From assembly GCA_963845755.1 (NCBI GenBank), contig CAWJTV010000029.1, positions 192,001 to 256,000 of the forward strand: a stretch of DNA of 64,000 nt, in the 5' to 3' direction. Source of the stretch: an uncultured Planctomycetota bacterium. GTDB taxonomy: Bacteria; Planctomycetota; Planctomycetia; Isosphaerales; Isosphaeraceae. A program made the position numbers and the translations under genes. The notes beneath the pieces were generated by a model. That model made no database searches, had not been told where the DNA came from, and saw only the letters and a program-made list of their open reading frames with translations. Positions 30,406 to 42,743 of this stretch are shown piece after piece. How positions within the stretch are numbered: position 1 is the stretch's first letter; the number at the start of each line of letters is the position of its first letter.

Positions 30406-30855
30406 TCATCGCTTGCGATGTGACCGCGTCACCTTGGCATTCCCGCCTCGATGCGCACCGCGATGCCGGTGGTTGGTCTTCGATTTGGAGGGACTGTCAC
30501 CCTCGGTCTCATCTTCCTCGTGGAGAACCTCCTCGATCGTCTCCGCGCTCCACCCCTCCACTTGCTCGCGTGCGGCGATGGCGCCGTCAACCAGGCCATG
30601 AACCATGGCGTTGTCCTTGGGCACCATGCGAGCGACCAGCATCACCGGGAAGACGACGCCGTATGATAGCCCATAACATGATGTGTAAACTAGTCGGCTC
30701 ATGAACTGGCCGATGGCGGGGATGGCGCCGGATATCCGTTCCTGCGCGTCGTACGCGCCCTGCCTGACGGCTACCAGGGCCGAATCTACGACATTGCCCG
30801 AATTGTGGAGCGGAGCAGACGAGCCAGCCTGGCCTGTTAAGGCCTGTGCACACAT
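30406..30855 (-). CDS. Hypothetical protein with one hydrophobic segment
   Basis: Protein-like ORF: VYTSCYGLSYGVVFP..LVA..VP.DN..VHGL.DGA.AA. Confidence 0.7.
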   Translation of the reverse strand: MCAQALTGQAGSSAPLHNSGNVVDSALVAVRQGAYDAQERISGAIPAIGQFMSRLVYTSCYGLSYGVVFPVMLVARMVPKDNAMVHGLVDGAIAAREQVEGWSAETIEEVLHEEDETEGDSPSKSKTNHRHRGAHRGGNAKVTRSHRKR

Positions 30856-31209
30856 GGCATGAATCCTTGTCTCAAGGTACCTGGTTTCTCAGATGGTGAT
30901 GCAGGATGGGTCCGCCGGGGAAACACGAGTCACGACCATGGGTTCGCAGTCTCGAACGCAAGCCGGCGCGGGATTAACATGGTTTCGCGAACACGAACTC
31001 GCAGCGTTCAGGCGAATGTTTGCAAAAACCGAGCCGGTTCGCAAGAAACGGAGCAGGGATTCGTCCGGAAAGTGAACTGGTTTCGCAGGGTACTATCATG
31101 CCGCCCAGTCATCCCGTATCGTAGGCCGGCCGGTGTGCATTTCCCCGAATCACCGAGAGGGGACTTCCGTAAGCCTTGTTCAGGTTAGCGTTTTCGAGGA
31201 TCATCCACG

Positions 31210-32919
<1,710 letters not shown>

Positions 32920-33672
32920 GGATCCCGTTGTCTTTCGGGGATCGATCGTTTCGACCGCCCACGACCGGCGGAACGGTGCGGTGGGGCCTCCGGGCCGGCG
33001 ATCTTGCCTGGCCCGACCGCTCAGCTCCTGCTCCGGCCGTGAGTAAACTCTCCTTCAACGAAGTGCGACTCTCCCTTCCCTGCATCCGGAGCCTCGGCGT
33101 GACAGTCCTGCCACGACTCCGGGGCTTCAGTAGCCCGGACGGAATCCTCCAGGGGCTCCTCTCCGGGACCAAGGTGCTCGAGATGAGCGGTCGCGCCGGG
33201 CTTCCCGGATTCTGCGATCGGATCGGATGCGCCGGCTTTGTGGGTCAGAAAGGATCGGGGGCGTGCTGTCAAGATCGCGGACAAGGGACACCTCCCCGCG
33301 CATCGCGGGTAGAACCAGGGCAGCTTGGGGTGAGTTTCCGGCCCGTATCGGGCCGTACTCGATTCTCTACCCGTCCTGCCCGCAGCCGGTCGTCGATCGC
33401 GACCGGCCACCCGCCCGGCCGACCTGGCCGAGCGTCCTGAGCGTGGCTTCTGCTCATCCCGCTGCTCCTTCGAATCCAACGGAGCGAGGCACCAGCAATT
33501 CGGGATGACGGACCCGCGCTCTTTACGATAGTCTAACGCCTCATTCGCCGCGCGGCCAGCAAGACCGAGCCGGAAATCGGGGCAGACCCGCTCGCGATCC
33601 TGGTCTCACCCAGATTGTTGACTCTTGAAGACAGCCAATCAAACGGGCCGTTTTGCGAGGATGAGTCCTCCG

Positions 33673-34173
33673 ATGCGAGTGGGAATCCTGTCCGATACCC
33701 ATGATCAAGTGACCAGAACCAAGGCTGCCGTGACCCGACTGCTGGATGCCGGCGCCCAGGTCTTGGTTCACTGCGGTGATATCACCATCCCCGAAGTCGT
33801 CTACGAGCTGAATCCGCTCCCAAGTTATTTCGTCTTTGGGAATTGTGACGAGGACCTCGAGGGTCTCAGGCAAGCGATCGCGGCCGTAGGAGGTACAGCG
33901 CTTGAACGCGGAGGGTTGATTGAACTGGCGGGTCGCCGCCTGGCGGTCACTCATGGCGACTCGGACCGAGAACTCCATCGCCTCGAGGCCCAGGAACCCC
34001 ACTATCTGCTGACCGGCCATACACATCGGGTGACCGACCAGAGGCGCGGCTCGATGCGATGCATCAATCCCGGTGCGTTGCATCGTGCTCCTCAGTGGAC
34101 CGTCGCCTTGCTGGATCTCGAATCGGATGAACTGAGCGTGTTGACGATTCCCAACATCATGTCGCGCAATTGA
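33673..34173 (+). CDS. YfcE-like metallophosphoesterase
   Basis: SDTH, HCGD, GNCD, THG, GHTH, NPG. Confidence 0.92.
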   Translation: MRVGILSDTHDQVTRTKAAVTRLLDAGAQVLVHCGDITIPEVVYELNPLPSYFVFGNCDEDLEGLRQAIAAVGGTALERGGLIELAGRRLAVTHGDSDRELHRLEAQEPHYLLTGHTHRVTDQRRGSMRCINPGALHRAPQWTVALLDLESDELSVLTIPNIMSRN

Positions 34174-34352
34174 AACACTCCCCCGGGCGAGCTAGCCGTG
34201 TTGACACCTTCTCGATAGAATCCCATAGACCCCTCAGACCAGGATCGCGACAGGCTCCCCGGCTGGTCGCGTTTTGTGTCCGAGACCTCTCGACGATGAG
34301 ACACCCAATTGATTCGGGTCGCTGTCAATACCTACCAAGACCTGGAGGGGTT

Positions 34353-35691
34353 ATGCGTCTTTGCCTGGTCGAAGATATGGCCGCCGGCGGACTCGAACCA
34401 CTGACCTTGACGCGTCCTGTGCATGAATTGCTCCTGGGCGCGACGACGCTCGCGAACAAGCTTGTGCGGGTCTTTGGGATCGGGCCTGGCCCGCAACGCC
34501 GTGGGTGTGTGATCCGCTCACCGCTGGCGGCCGTGCAGCGACAGCGCGATCCGCACACCGTGGTCAACGACCGCGATTGGCTGGCGCGGGGGGCGGTGAT
34601 CGTGGCCAACAGCCGTTGGGTTCCCTCGTCGGGCTTCTCGATACCCGATGATCCGGGCCCGTGGGTGGGCCTGTGCGAGGGGCAGCCGGCCTGCGCGCTG
34701 GTCGGCCCTGAGGACGCGGTCTCGCTGGAGCCGCAGAATGTTGAACGCGTGGTTCGAGCGAATCGCGGCCAGGTATGGAGGATCGGATTTCGGCGGCGAG
34801 TGGATCGCTCGCCCTTGGGACCTGGTCGCTCGCAACGGAGCCCATCTCGAGCGTGACTTCGCCGAGGGAGGGCATGGCGGAGTCACCAACCGGCACTTGA
34901 CCACGATGGCATTGGTAGGGCCCGCCGATCGGCTCCGCGTTCACGACACCGCCCGCATCGACCCCTATACCGTCTTCGACACGACGAACGGTCCGATCAT
35001 CCTGGGGCCGAACGTCTGGGTCCAGCCGTTCACGCGGATCGAGGGCCCGTGCGCGATCGCCGCCGACACCCAACTCTTCCGGGCCAACTTGCGGGGCTGC
35101 GTGACGATCGGGCCCCACTGCCGGATTGGCGGCGAGGTCGAGGCCGCGATCGTGCATGGATACTCCAATAAGTATCATGAAGGTTTCCTCGGCCACGCTT
35201 ATGTCGGCGAGTGGGTCAACCTCGGGGCGATCACATCCAACAGCGACCTGCGCAACGACTATGGTGAGGTGTCCGTCCCGCTCCAGGGCGACCCGATCCC
35301 GACCGGCCAGGCCAAGGTCGGTTGTTTTATCGGCGACCATACGCGGACCGGCATGGGGAGCATGCTCAATACGGGTACGTCGATTGGCGTGATGTGCAAC
35401 GTCCTGCCGGCGGGGATCCTGCTGCCCAAGCACGTCCCGTCGTTCACCGCCGTGCTTTACGGCCGCGTCGCTCCCGGTTTCGATCTCGAAAAGATCTTCG
35501 AGACCGCTCGCATCGTCATGAGCCGGCGCGGCAAGGTCTTCAACGAGGCCGAAGAACAACTCTACCTGTCGCTCTACGACCAGACCCGCCTCGAACGCGA
35601 GCGCGCCTTCCAGCGGACCCACGATCGGCGGGGCGATTCCTGGCCGATCGTTCAGGCCGCTCGGCTCGATCGGCCCTATGCCATTCGGTAA
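34353..35691 (+). CDS. Putative sugar nucleotidyltransferase with hexapeptide repeats (GlmU-like; frameshift near 34745)
   Basis: PLTLTRPVHEL..G, IGGEVE, NKYHEGFLGH.Y.GEWVNLGA. Confidence 0.85.
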
Positions 35692-35975
35692 GACGCAGTC
35701 TCGGGCCGCGGATGCCTCCGAAATCCAGGAGAACTGGGCCGACGATCCGAGGTGACGCCGGGCATGGACCGCAATGAGTGACCCATTGAGCCGAATCGGT
35801 GAAGTCCTTCAAGGGTCCTTGAGGACGACGAGCTCAGCATCACCAGGGACACGCTCTTGGAGGACGCCACCGCCGCCCTCGAGCCACTCGCCCGCCGAGC
35901 CGGTGACGACGAGATTCGGCGGATCGCCCTCCTCGAGCAGGAGTGACGGCACGAGCACGAGGCTCCATTAATTTT

Positions 35976-36002
35976 TATCTAATAATATATTAATATTAGA
36001 TA
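35976..36002. promoter_or_regulatory. AT-rich inverted repeat TATCTAATA-N9-TATTAGATA
   Basis: Perfect 9-bp arms inside an approximately 37-bp nearly all-AT tract. Confidence 0.5.
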
Positions 36003-36211
36003 TGGCTTATGACGGTTGGGCAGTTCTTGCTTGCAAGATCTTGCTCGACGAGCAAACTCGTGCGCCCCGATCCCGCTCAACCGATCCGAGATGTCCGCGG
36101 ACTTGCTGGTTCGAGGCGGATCAATTAACATGCCCCTTTATCCTTCCAGCAAACGACCCAACCTGACGGCTCGTCTTCGTGATCGGCTCTCGGTGAGGGA
36201 GGGAGTCGCAA

Positions 36212-37927
36212 ATGTACCGCCTCTTTGCACGGGATCGCTCCTGGCCGGACATCATACAGCAAAATTATTATGTAATCATTCCCGTCTTACTCGTTTTTCT
36301 TTACACAGCACATTTGCTCTGGTTCATGATCCCGAATTCGCGTGATGTGACGAGCGAGTCATACGAGCCGATCAAGACGCTCAAGTTCTTCCACAGCAAG
36401 GGCAAGTCCTTCCACAAGTGGGGGCCGATGCCGTGTTTCGTATACGGGCCGGTTTACGCGCCATTCCTCGGTTACTGGGTGCTCTCGAAAGATGTCGGCA
36501 AGATCAGTGAAGATTACCCTTATGGCTTGAAGCGGCCGTTCGAGCAAATCGGGGCATTGATCGTGGCGGGGCGGGCCGCGGGCCTCGCCACGATGGTCAT
36601 CTGCATGGCCATCTACGCGGTCTCTCTCCACCGCTTGACGGGTTCGCGGCGGGCGGCATTCCTGGCGGTCTTGCTCTGCTTGGCAACGTCTCCCGAGATC
36701 CTCGGCACGGCCATCTCGACGAGACCGGATGGGATGATGCTGTCCTTCCTCATGGTATCGATGGCGGCGTATGCCGTGATCCTCCGCGACGGACTGAACT
36801 GGAAGCGAGGGCTGTTTCTCTCTTTGTTCGCGGTGTTTTCCATCTCCTGCAAGGAATTGACGGCCCTCGTCTTCGTTCTCCCCTATCTGGGTTTGGGACT
36901 CGCGGGCTTGATCCAGTCGAGTCGGGAGCCTGGGTCGAGGAGGGGGTTTCTCGCGAATTTCGGCTTCACGGTGGCTGCGGGGCTTCTCGCTTATGCCCTC
37001 TGCAATGTCGTCTATGCCCCCGCCATCTGGGCCGAACGGATGAAGTACTGGCTCGTCGGCGAGGGAAAGGATCCTGCGATCTGGGCCCCCTCGAACTACA
37101 CGAGCATGGCGTACCTGCGTGAGGCCCTGGAAGGGTTACTGTTGAACTTCGGTTACGGAGGGTTGGCGATCGTCTGCCTGAGCCTGTTGGTCCTCGCCGT
37201 ATTCCCGGTCAAACATCGAATCCTGCTTGTCTTGCCATCCCTGGGGTTCCTCAGCTCGATCTTGCTCACGGCCGGGTACATGCCTGCCTACTTCCTCAGT
37301 CCCCTGAACGTGACGCTGACGCTTCCCGTCGCATCGATGCTCGCGTTCGCCGACCAGCGATGGTTTGCGTGCGGCTCGCGGCTCATGCGTACGGTCGTCA
37401 CAGCCATGATGGTGGTTCTCTGCACCTCGAATATCCTGAACGGCAACTTTGCGTGGTTCTTCCTCTATTGCAGACCGGATTGGAGCACGGAACAGTACTG
37501 CTTGCGTTCGGTCGGTCGGAACGAGCTGATCCATACGGGGAGTTTCAACGAGATCAATCCGAATTCTCATCGACTGGAATACCTTGGATTTCACGTTAAC
37601 GAGCGAAGTCTTTTCTCCATGCTTGTTAACCGCGAAGAAATGCCCAGTTTGATCATCCTCCCCAAGCAAGGGAAAAAATGGCTTGATCAATTTGCGGAAC
37701 GCCCGATGCGCGCCAAGTTAGTAAGTAGCACGTTGGGCATCACGGTCAACCGACTGCCGGATCTGGAGACGATCGGCTATCGACTCGTCGAGACCTTGCG
37801 TCCCGAAGTCCCCCGGCTCCTTCAATCGCCGCTCGTCCCTCCTCCTTGGACGAATTACCTCGAAGGCTGCGAGCTGCTCATTTATCGCAAGGCGAGTACG
37901 CCAGCGGCCGGTCTTCCCGGCCCGTGA
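36212..37927 (+). CDS. Multi-pass membrane protein, probable GT-C (ArnT/PMT-like) glycosyltransferase
   Basis: About 11 hydrophobic segments, TRPD and SCKE motifs; lower GC than flanks. Confidence 0.65.
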   Translation: MYRLFARDRSWPDIIQQNYYVIIPVLLVFLYTAHLLWFMIPNSRDVTSESYEPIKTLKFFHSKGKSFHKWGPMPCFVYGPVYAPFLGYWVLSKDVGKISEDYPYGLKRPFEQIGALIVAGRAAGLATMVICMAIYAVSLHRLTGSRRAAFLAVLLCLATSPEILGTAISTRPDGMMLSFLMVSMAAYAVILRDGLNWKRGLFLSLFAVFSISCKELTALVFVLPYLGLGLAGLIQSSREPGSRRGFLANFGFTVAAGLLAYALCNVVYAPAIWAERMKYWLVGEGKDPAIWAPSNYTSMAYLREALEGLLLNFGYGGLAIVCLSLLVLAVFPVKHRILLVLPSLGFLSSILLTAGYMPAYFLSPLNVTLTLPVASMLAFADQRWFACGSRLMRTVVTAMMVVLCTSNILNGNFAWFFLYCRPDWSTEQYCLRSVGRNELIHTGSFNEINPNSHRLEYLGFHVNERSLFSMLVNREEMPSLIILPKQGKKWLDQFAERPMRAKLVSSTLGITVNRLPDLETIGYRLVETLRPEVPRLLQSPLVPPPWTNYLEGCELLIYRKASTPAAGLPGP

Positions 37928-37994
37928 GTCGTTCGACTGCCGCGAGAAGCGTCGATCCTGCGAGAGGATTGCCCGGTCCGGGTGTCCGGGTGTC

Positions 37995-39246
37995 TCAGTT
38001 CCGTTTGAAGTGATACCAGACGACGTTATGGGTCGCCCCGCCGACGGCGACGACATCGGGTATGCCGTCGCCGTCGATGTCGCCGCCGCGTAGATCCTGC
38101 GCGGCGATGTCGCGATCGAGCACCGTGCGGGACCACGTCTTCTTGACCTGGTCGAAGTCGTAGAGCGAGACTCGGTGATCGTTGCCGCGATGGCCGGCGA
38201 AGACCTCGTCGTCACCGTCGGCGTCGACGTCTGCGACCCACAGCGCGTGGCCGTCTGCCAGGGTGTCGTCGAGCACGGTCCGCGGCTCGATTCGTTGGAC
38301 GTCGGGACCCGGTGCGTGCGGCCGGCGCAAGGACACGAGGCGGACGCACACGCGATTGCCATGCCAGGGCTCGATTGTGGCCAGGAGGCGGCGTCCATCC
38401 TTCATCTTGCCGACATGGATCTCGCTGGCACCCCGCTTCCCCAGCGAGGCCTTATTGTCGGCCGAAGTAAGCATGTATTCATGCCACCGCGGTGGATCGT
38501 TCCCGGTGGGGGACGGGCGGCTCCCAGCAGGAGACCGCCGTGCCCAGGTCATCGGCCGTCGCGATCCAGGAACGACCGTCCTGAAAGAGGTTGACGACGT
38601 CGATGGCGTGCAGAATCGGCCAGGCGAAGATTCTCTCGAATTCCGGCAGGCCCTTGTGCCAATCGAACTTTCGAAAGATCCCCAGCCTCGCCGGATCGGA
38701 ATACGCCGGCGGCTTGGCCTCCGGGCCGAAGATCGGCGCGACCACCAGGTCGAGATGCCTGTCTCCATCGACGTCGCCCCATCTCAGCCGGTGGATGCTG
38801 GGGATTTCCGCGACCGGCACGAGCTTCCAGGGGGCATCCGAACCCTGGCCCTGGACTGCCAGGAGCAGCTTGCCGGTCGTCGGCCGGGTCATGGCGAATT
38901 CATAGGCGATCGCGATTTCCGCCTTGCCGTCGCCGTCGACATCGGCCGTGGCGCTGGAAATGATACCGGGCGTCTGCTTCCCGCTGGTCACGAGGCGCTT
39001 CTTCCACGTCGGGTTCTCGTACCATGCACAGGTACTTCCCCCGACCGCAACGATATCCGGTTTCTGGTCACCGTTGACGTCCGCTACCTCGACTTGATAG
39101 GCGCCCGGGAAGTTGTTGTCGATGACTCGGCGCTCCTGGCAGTAGGCTGTACCCAATAGGCAGGGCGGGCAGTAGGCCGCAGGCAGCAGGTAGTAGGCAG
39201 TCAAGACAATGACACGGACCGGAAACGGGGCGGGCCGGGCTTTCAT
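37995..39246 (-). CDS. Secreted FG-GAP/VCBS repeat beta-propeller protein (frameshift near 38520)
   Basis: Repeated D(V/I)(N/D)GDGxxD motifs, EPWHGN, GHALWVAD. Confidence 0.82.
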
Positions 39247-39332
39247 GGGATAGCTCCAGGTTCTGCTGGCCGAAACGAACGCTTCACCGAAGGACGAAAC
39301 GAGAAACACAGCATCGCTTCCTCTTACTGCCT

Positions 39333-39442
39333 AACGCGGCCTTCGGCCGCAACCCAATCGGGATTCCCGATTCGAGATTCCGGATTCCCGAAGGGGAATG
39401 ATCCGGGAATCCGGAATCGCGAATCCGGAATTCGGAATCCCC
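39333..39442. repeat. Dispersed hairpin element copy 1: GCGGCCTTCGGCCGC head plus inverted heptamer arrays
   Basis: First 34 bp identical to 62679-62712. Confidence 0.85.
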
Positions 39443-39488
39443 AGATGCGCGGCACGGCGAGGGATCCTCCGGAGGACGACGCTACTGT

Positions 39489-40354
39489 CTACTGCGCGAA
39501 ACCCCACCCCTTCGGGACACCGGCTGTATTCTCGGGTTTGACCATGACCTGGGAGAGGTCAACATCCTGCTGGATCTCGCTCTCGGCGAGCTTGAGCCGA
39601 TTTTCGAGGTGTGCGATCTTCTGCTCGAGGAGCAAGACCCGAGCCTCGAGCTCGTCGGGACGGCGCGGCCTCGGAACCTCGGGATAGCCGAGCTGGCGTT
39701 GCAAGGCGGAGAAGAGGTACATCGGGTCGCGCCCCGATTCGCGCGCGCGATCTTCCCCTCCTTAACGCCGAACAGGGTTGGGAACTTGGGGGTGAACTCG
39801 GGGTTCAGACGTTGGCGATCCTTGACGTAATTCTCGGACCTCACATAGATCAGGTCGGCGAAATCGACGTCGCCGAGCCGGCTGCGGAGCGTCAGGATAT
39901 AGTCGTGCCAGTCTTCGTTGTACGACGGATCATCCGCCATGGCGGCCAGGCCCTGGGTGTAACCCAGGCGATTGCGGGCCAGGGCCTCGAATTGATACAC
40001 GAACAAGGCCGGGAGCGAGGGGTTCTCGGCCTTGAACTTGGCCTCCCGCTCCAGGATCAAGAGGGCCTGTTCGATGGCGAACCGGCTGATGTCGTGCTCG
40101 GCCTGGTTGATCACATGGGTCTGAAACGGCGTGAAATAATGACGAATCCGGGCCATGGCCGGTCCCATCAGGCCCGATCCCTTGATCTCGGTGTGGAGGA
40201 ATGAGACCGCCAGCGGCAGCCGGGTGGTCGAGAGCAGCTCCTCGCCGATCCGCGACAGGATGTCCTGGGAGGGCAGCCCGTCGACCAGACGCTCGCGGAA
40301 CGTGTGGAAGAAGTAGGCCTGCTCGATGTATTCCTCGCGCTCCAGAACGGGCAT
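39489..40354 (-). CDS. Conserved hypothetical protein (frameshift near 39730)
   Basis: LEREEYIEQAYFF...LFG.KEGKIARAN continues as LYLFSALQRQLGYP in the next frame. Confidence 0.8.
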
Positions 40355-40405
40355 CGGGTGACCTCCTTCGCGGCTTCAGCGGTCGTGGGATCGTTGCGAT
40401 CGCGA

Positions 40406-42025
40406 TCAGGGAGTCACGCTGTTCGAAGCGGCTCTCCGGTGGATGAACAGGTCGCCCACGGCCGCCTTCATCTCGCGGTCCAGTCGCTGGGCGAGCCTGG
40501 CATCGAGGACGCTGCCGTGATCGCGGTTCGGGATGATCTCGACGACCGCGTCGCTGCCGAGCTTCATCAGGGACTTCTTCAACAACTGGACCGCCCCTTC
40601 GAGGTAGAAGGTATCCAGGCCCCCGGTGATCACGTGCAGCTTCCCCTTGAGTTTCGGGGCAAGTTTGGGCCAGTTCCGCTCGAGGACGAGCCGAATGTCG
40701 TAGGCCTCCCAGGCCTTGGCCACCTCGGGGTCGATGGCCGCGGTGGAGCGGTCCCAGAGCTTGCGCGGCCGGCCATCGCGGTCGATCGGGCTGAAAACGG
40801 CTTCGAACGAGCCGAGTTGGCCCCCCCAACCGATCACATCGTCCATCTTCGAGAAATGGTCGTAGAACAGGATTGGACGCGTGCCCATGCGCGCGATGGG
40901 CCGGCGATTCCCCGCGCGATCGCGGAACATGTTCTCGCCGGGAGCGTACAGGTCGATCTTCTGGAAGTCCCGGAAATCGACCGGGTCCGGGCTGGTGGAC
41001 CAAGTGCCGCCGAAGACGTCCGGATAGGTCACCTGGAGCCAGAGACTACTCCAGCCGCCCGAGGAATGGCCGTTGAGCAGCCGCGCCCGCGGATCGGCGA
41101 TTGCCGGAAACGTCTTCTCGAGATGGGGGATGAATTCCTCGATCAACGCCGCGCCGCGGGGACCATTCGTCGCACCATCGGCAAACACGTGGTGACCGGT
41201 ACCGCAATCCGGATCGAGCACCACTCGGATGAAGTCCTTGCCGGCGGCCATCCTCGACTCGTTCGCGAACCGAGACGCCATGAAGTGATCGCCGCCGAAG
41301 CCCGGGATGATGTAGAGCGTCGGACGCTTCGCGGGATGGCCTTCGTGGACCAAGTCCAAGGGGAGGATCACCGCAGCGCGGTGCATGATCGGTCGATGGT
41401 AGAATGCCGAGAGTTTCGGGCTCGGCAACGTAACCAGCTTGATCCGATCGGTCTCCGGGAACTTACGCGGCGGCACGATCTTGTCCACTTTCAGCGCGAT
41501 CGCCCCCCCCTCCCTGGGGCCGAGGTTGGCGTGAACGACCGGCCCGTAGGCATTCCCATCGCCATCGCCGATCCGATGGGTATCCCGGTTGAAACGAACG
41601 ACCGCCTGGATCGCGTAGCGCCCCGGCTCGATCTCGCCCAACGGTGTCGGGAATCCCACGGCCCGCGAGTCGATCCGCAGGGGGTTACCCGGTTGCCAGT
41701 CCTGGATCTCCATGGCGAAGAAGGGTTGCGGCCGGAACCAGTCGGGCCCGAGTCGCGGTTCCGCCGACGAGCCATCCGAGCCGAGCATCACATACACACG
41801 CGCCGTGATCGGCTTCTTGTGCACGATGGGCGAAGCGGTGATCTCGAAGATCGGGGACTGGCCATCCGGATCGACGCGTGCCTCATCGCCGTACGATCCG
41901 GCGCCGATCACCGCCAGCACCGCCAATGCGCGCACGATTCCCGGGAGCAGTCGAGTGGCCGGGAGAGCCGCTCGGCCCGGCTTGCGCGGACCGGATTTCG
42001 CGACGGCAAGGGGAGAGTCCATCAT
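40406..42025 (-). CDS. Secreted alpha/beta-hydrolase (putative esterase family)
   Basis: GHSSGG nucleophile elbow, DTFYL, terminal DH. Confidence 0.85.
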   Translation of the reverse strand: MMDSPLAVAKSGPRKPGRAALPATRLLPGIVRALAVLAVIGAGSYGDEARVDPDGQSPIFEITASPIVHKKPITARVYVMLGSDGSSAEPRLGPDWFRPQPFFAMEIQDWQPGNPLRIDSRAVGFPTPLGEIEPGRYAIQAVVRFNRDTHRIGDGDGNAYGPVVHANLGPREGGAIALKVDKIVPPRKFPETDRIKLVTLPSPKLSAFYHRPIMHRAAVILPLDLVHEGHPAKRPTLYIIPGFGGDHFMASRFANESRMAAGKDFIRVVLDPDCGTGHHVFADGATNGPRGAALIEEFIPHLEKTFPAIADPRARLLNGHSSGGWSSLWLQVTYPDVFGGTWSTSPDPVDFRDFQKIDLYAPGENMFRDRAGNRRPIARMGTRPILFYDHFSKMDDVIGWGGQLGSFEAVFSPIDRDGRPRKLWDRSTAAIDPEVAKAWEAYDIRLVLERNWPKLAPKLKGKLHVITGGLDTFYLEGAVQLLKKSLMKLGSDAVVEIIPNRDHGSVLDARLAQRLDREMKAAVGDLFIHRRAASNSVTP

Positions 42026-42115
42026 GAATTGGCCTCGGTCTGGATCAAGAGTTGAGGAAAGCCCAGGACACCGTGATCGGGCCCGGATCGTAGTGCAAGT
42101 TCGTTGCACGGTCCT

Positions 42116-42712
42116 TCACCCGGCTCGAAGGTTGAGGTCGAGCAACTCCGGCACGGGCAGGAGCGGATGGTCGCGCAGGAGTTGCTCGCGGGTCAAGAGG
42201 GGCACCGGGGTGAAGAATCGGGCGGCCAGTCGGGCGGAGCCCATCACGCACTCCTTCTCCAGGACATAATAGCGATTGTACTGGTCGATCACCGCGTTGG
42301 CGGCCTGGAGTTTCATGCCGTCGAGAAACTGGACCCAGCGGTCATTGAAGCGCCGGACGGCGCCGATCAAGTCGCGGGCGATCCCGAACTGCTTGCGAAG
42401 CGACGTCGGCGATTCGGCCCATTGGGGCGGTTCGGCCTCGGAAAGCGGCCAGAGCGACTCGATGGAGGTCGAGAAGACCCTCGCCCAGTCCCCGGGGCCG
42501 GTCGCGGAGCGGGCCCACTGTCGCAGGCGGACATGAACCATGTCGAGTCGTTCGCCGCGTGCCCGTCGGCAACGTTCGGCCATGCGGCGCAACGTGTCTT
42601 CCAGTTCCTGGCCACGCTGCGCGAAGGAGGGGGCGTCGAAGAGGCCCATCATCTCCTTGATCTCGGCCTCGACCTCGCCCACGGTCGTCAGGGTCTCGTC
42701 CGGCTCATCCAC
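42116..42712 (-). CDS. Conserved hypothetical protein
   Basis: Clean ORF in operon context; YNRYYVLEKEC. Confidence 0.75.
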   Translation of the reverse strand: MDEPDETLTTVGEVEAEIKEMMGLFDAPSFAQRGQELEDTLRRMAERCRRARGERLDMVHVRLRQWARSATGPGDWARVFSTSIESLWPLSEAEPPQWAESPTSLRKQFGIARDLIGAVRRFNDRWVQFLDGMKLQAANAVIDQYNRYYVLEKECVMGSARLAARFFTPVPLLTREQLLRDHPLLPVPELLDLNLRAG

Positions 42713-42743
42713 GAGATTCGACCTCGATGATTCGTTGCGGGTT

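Noticed and set aside
39135..39200. GCAGTAG heptamer repeats as a separate element
   Set aside because: Short degenerate repeats within the signal-peptide region of the FG-GAP gene; nothing supports an independent function.
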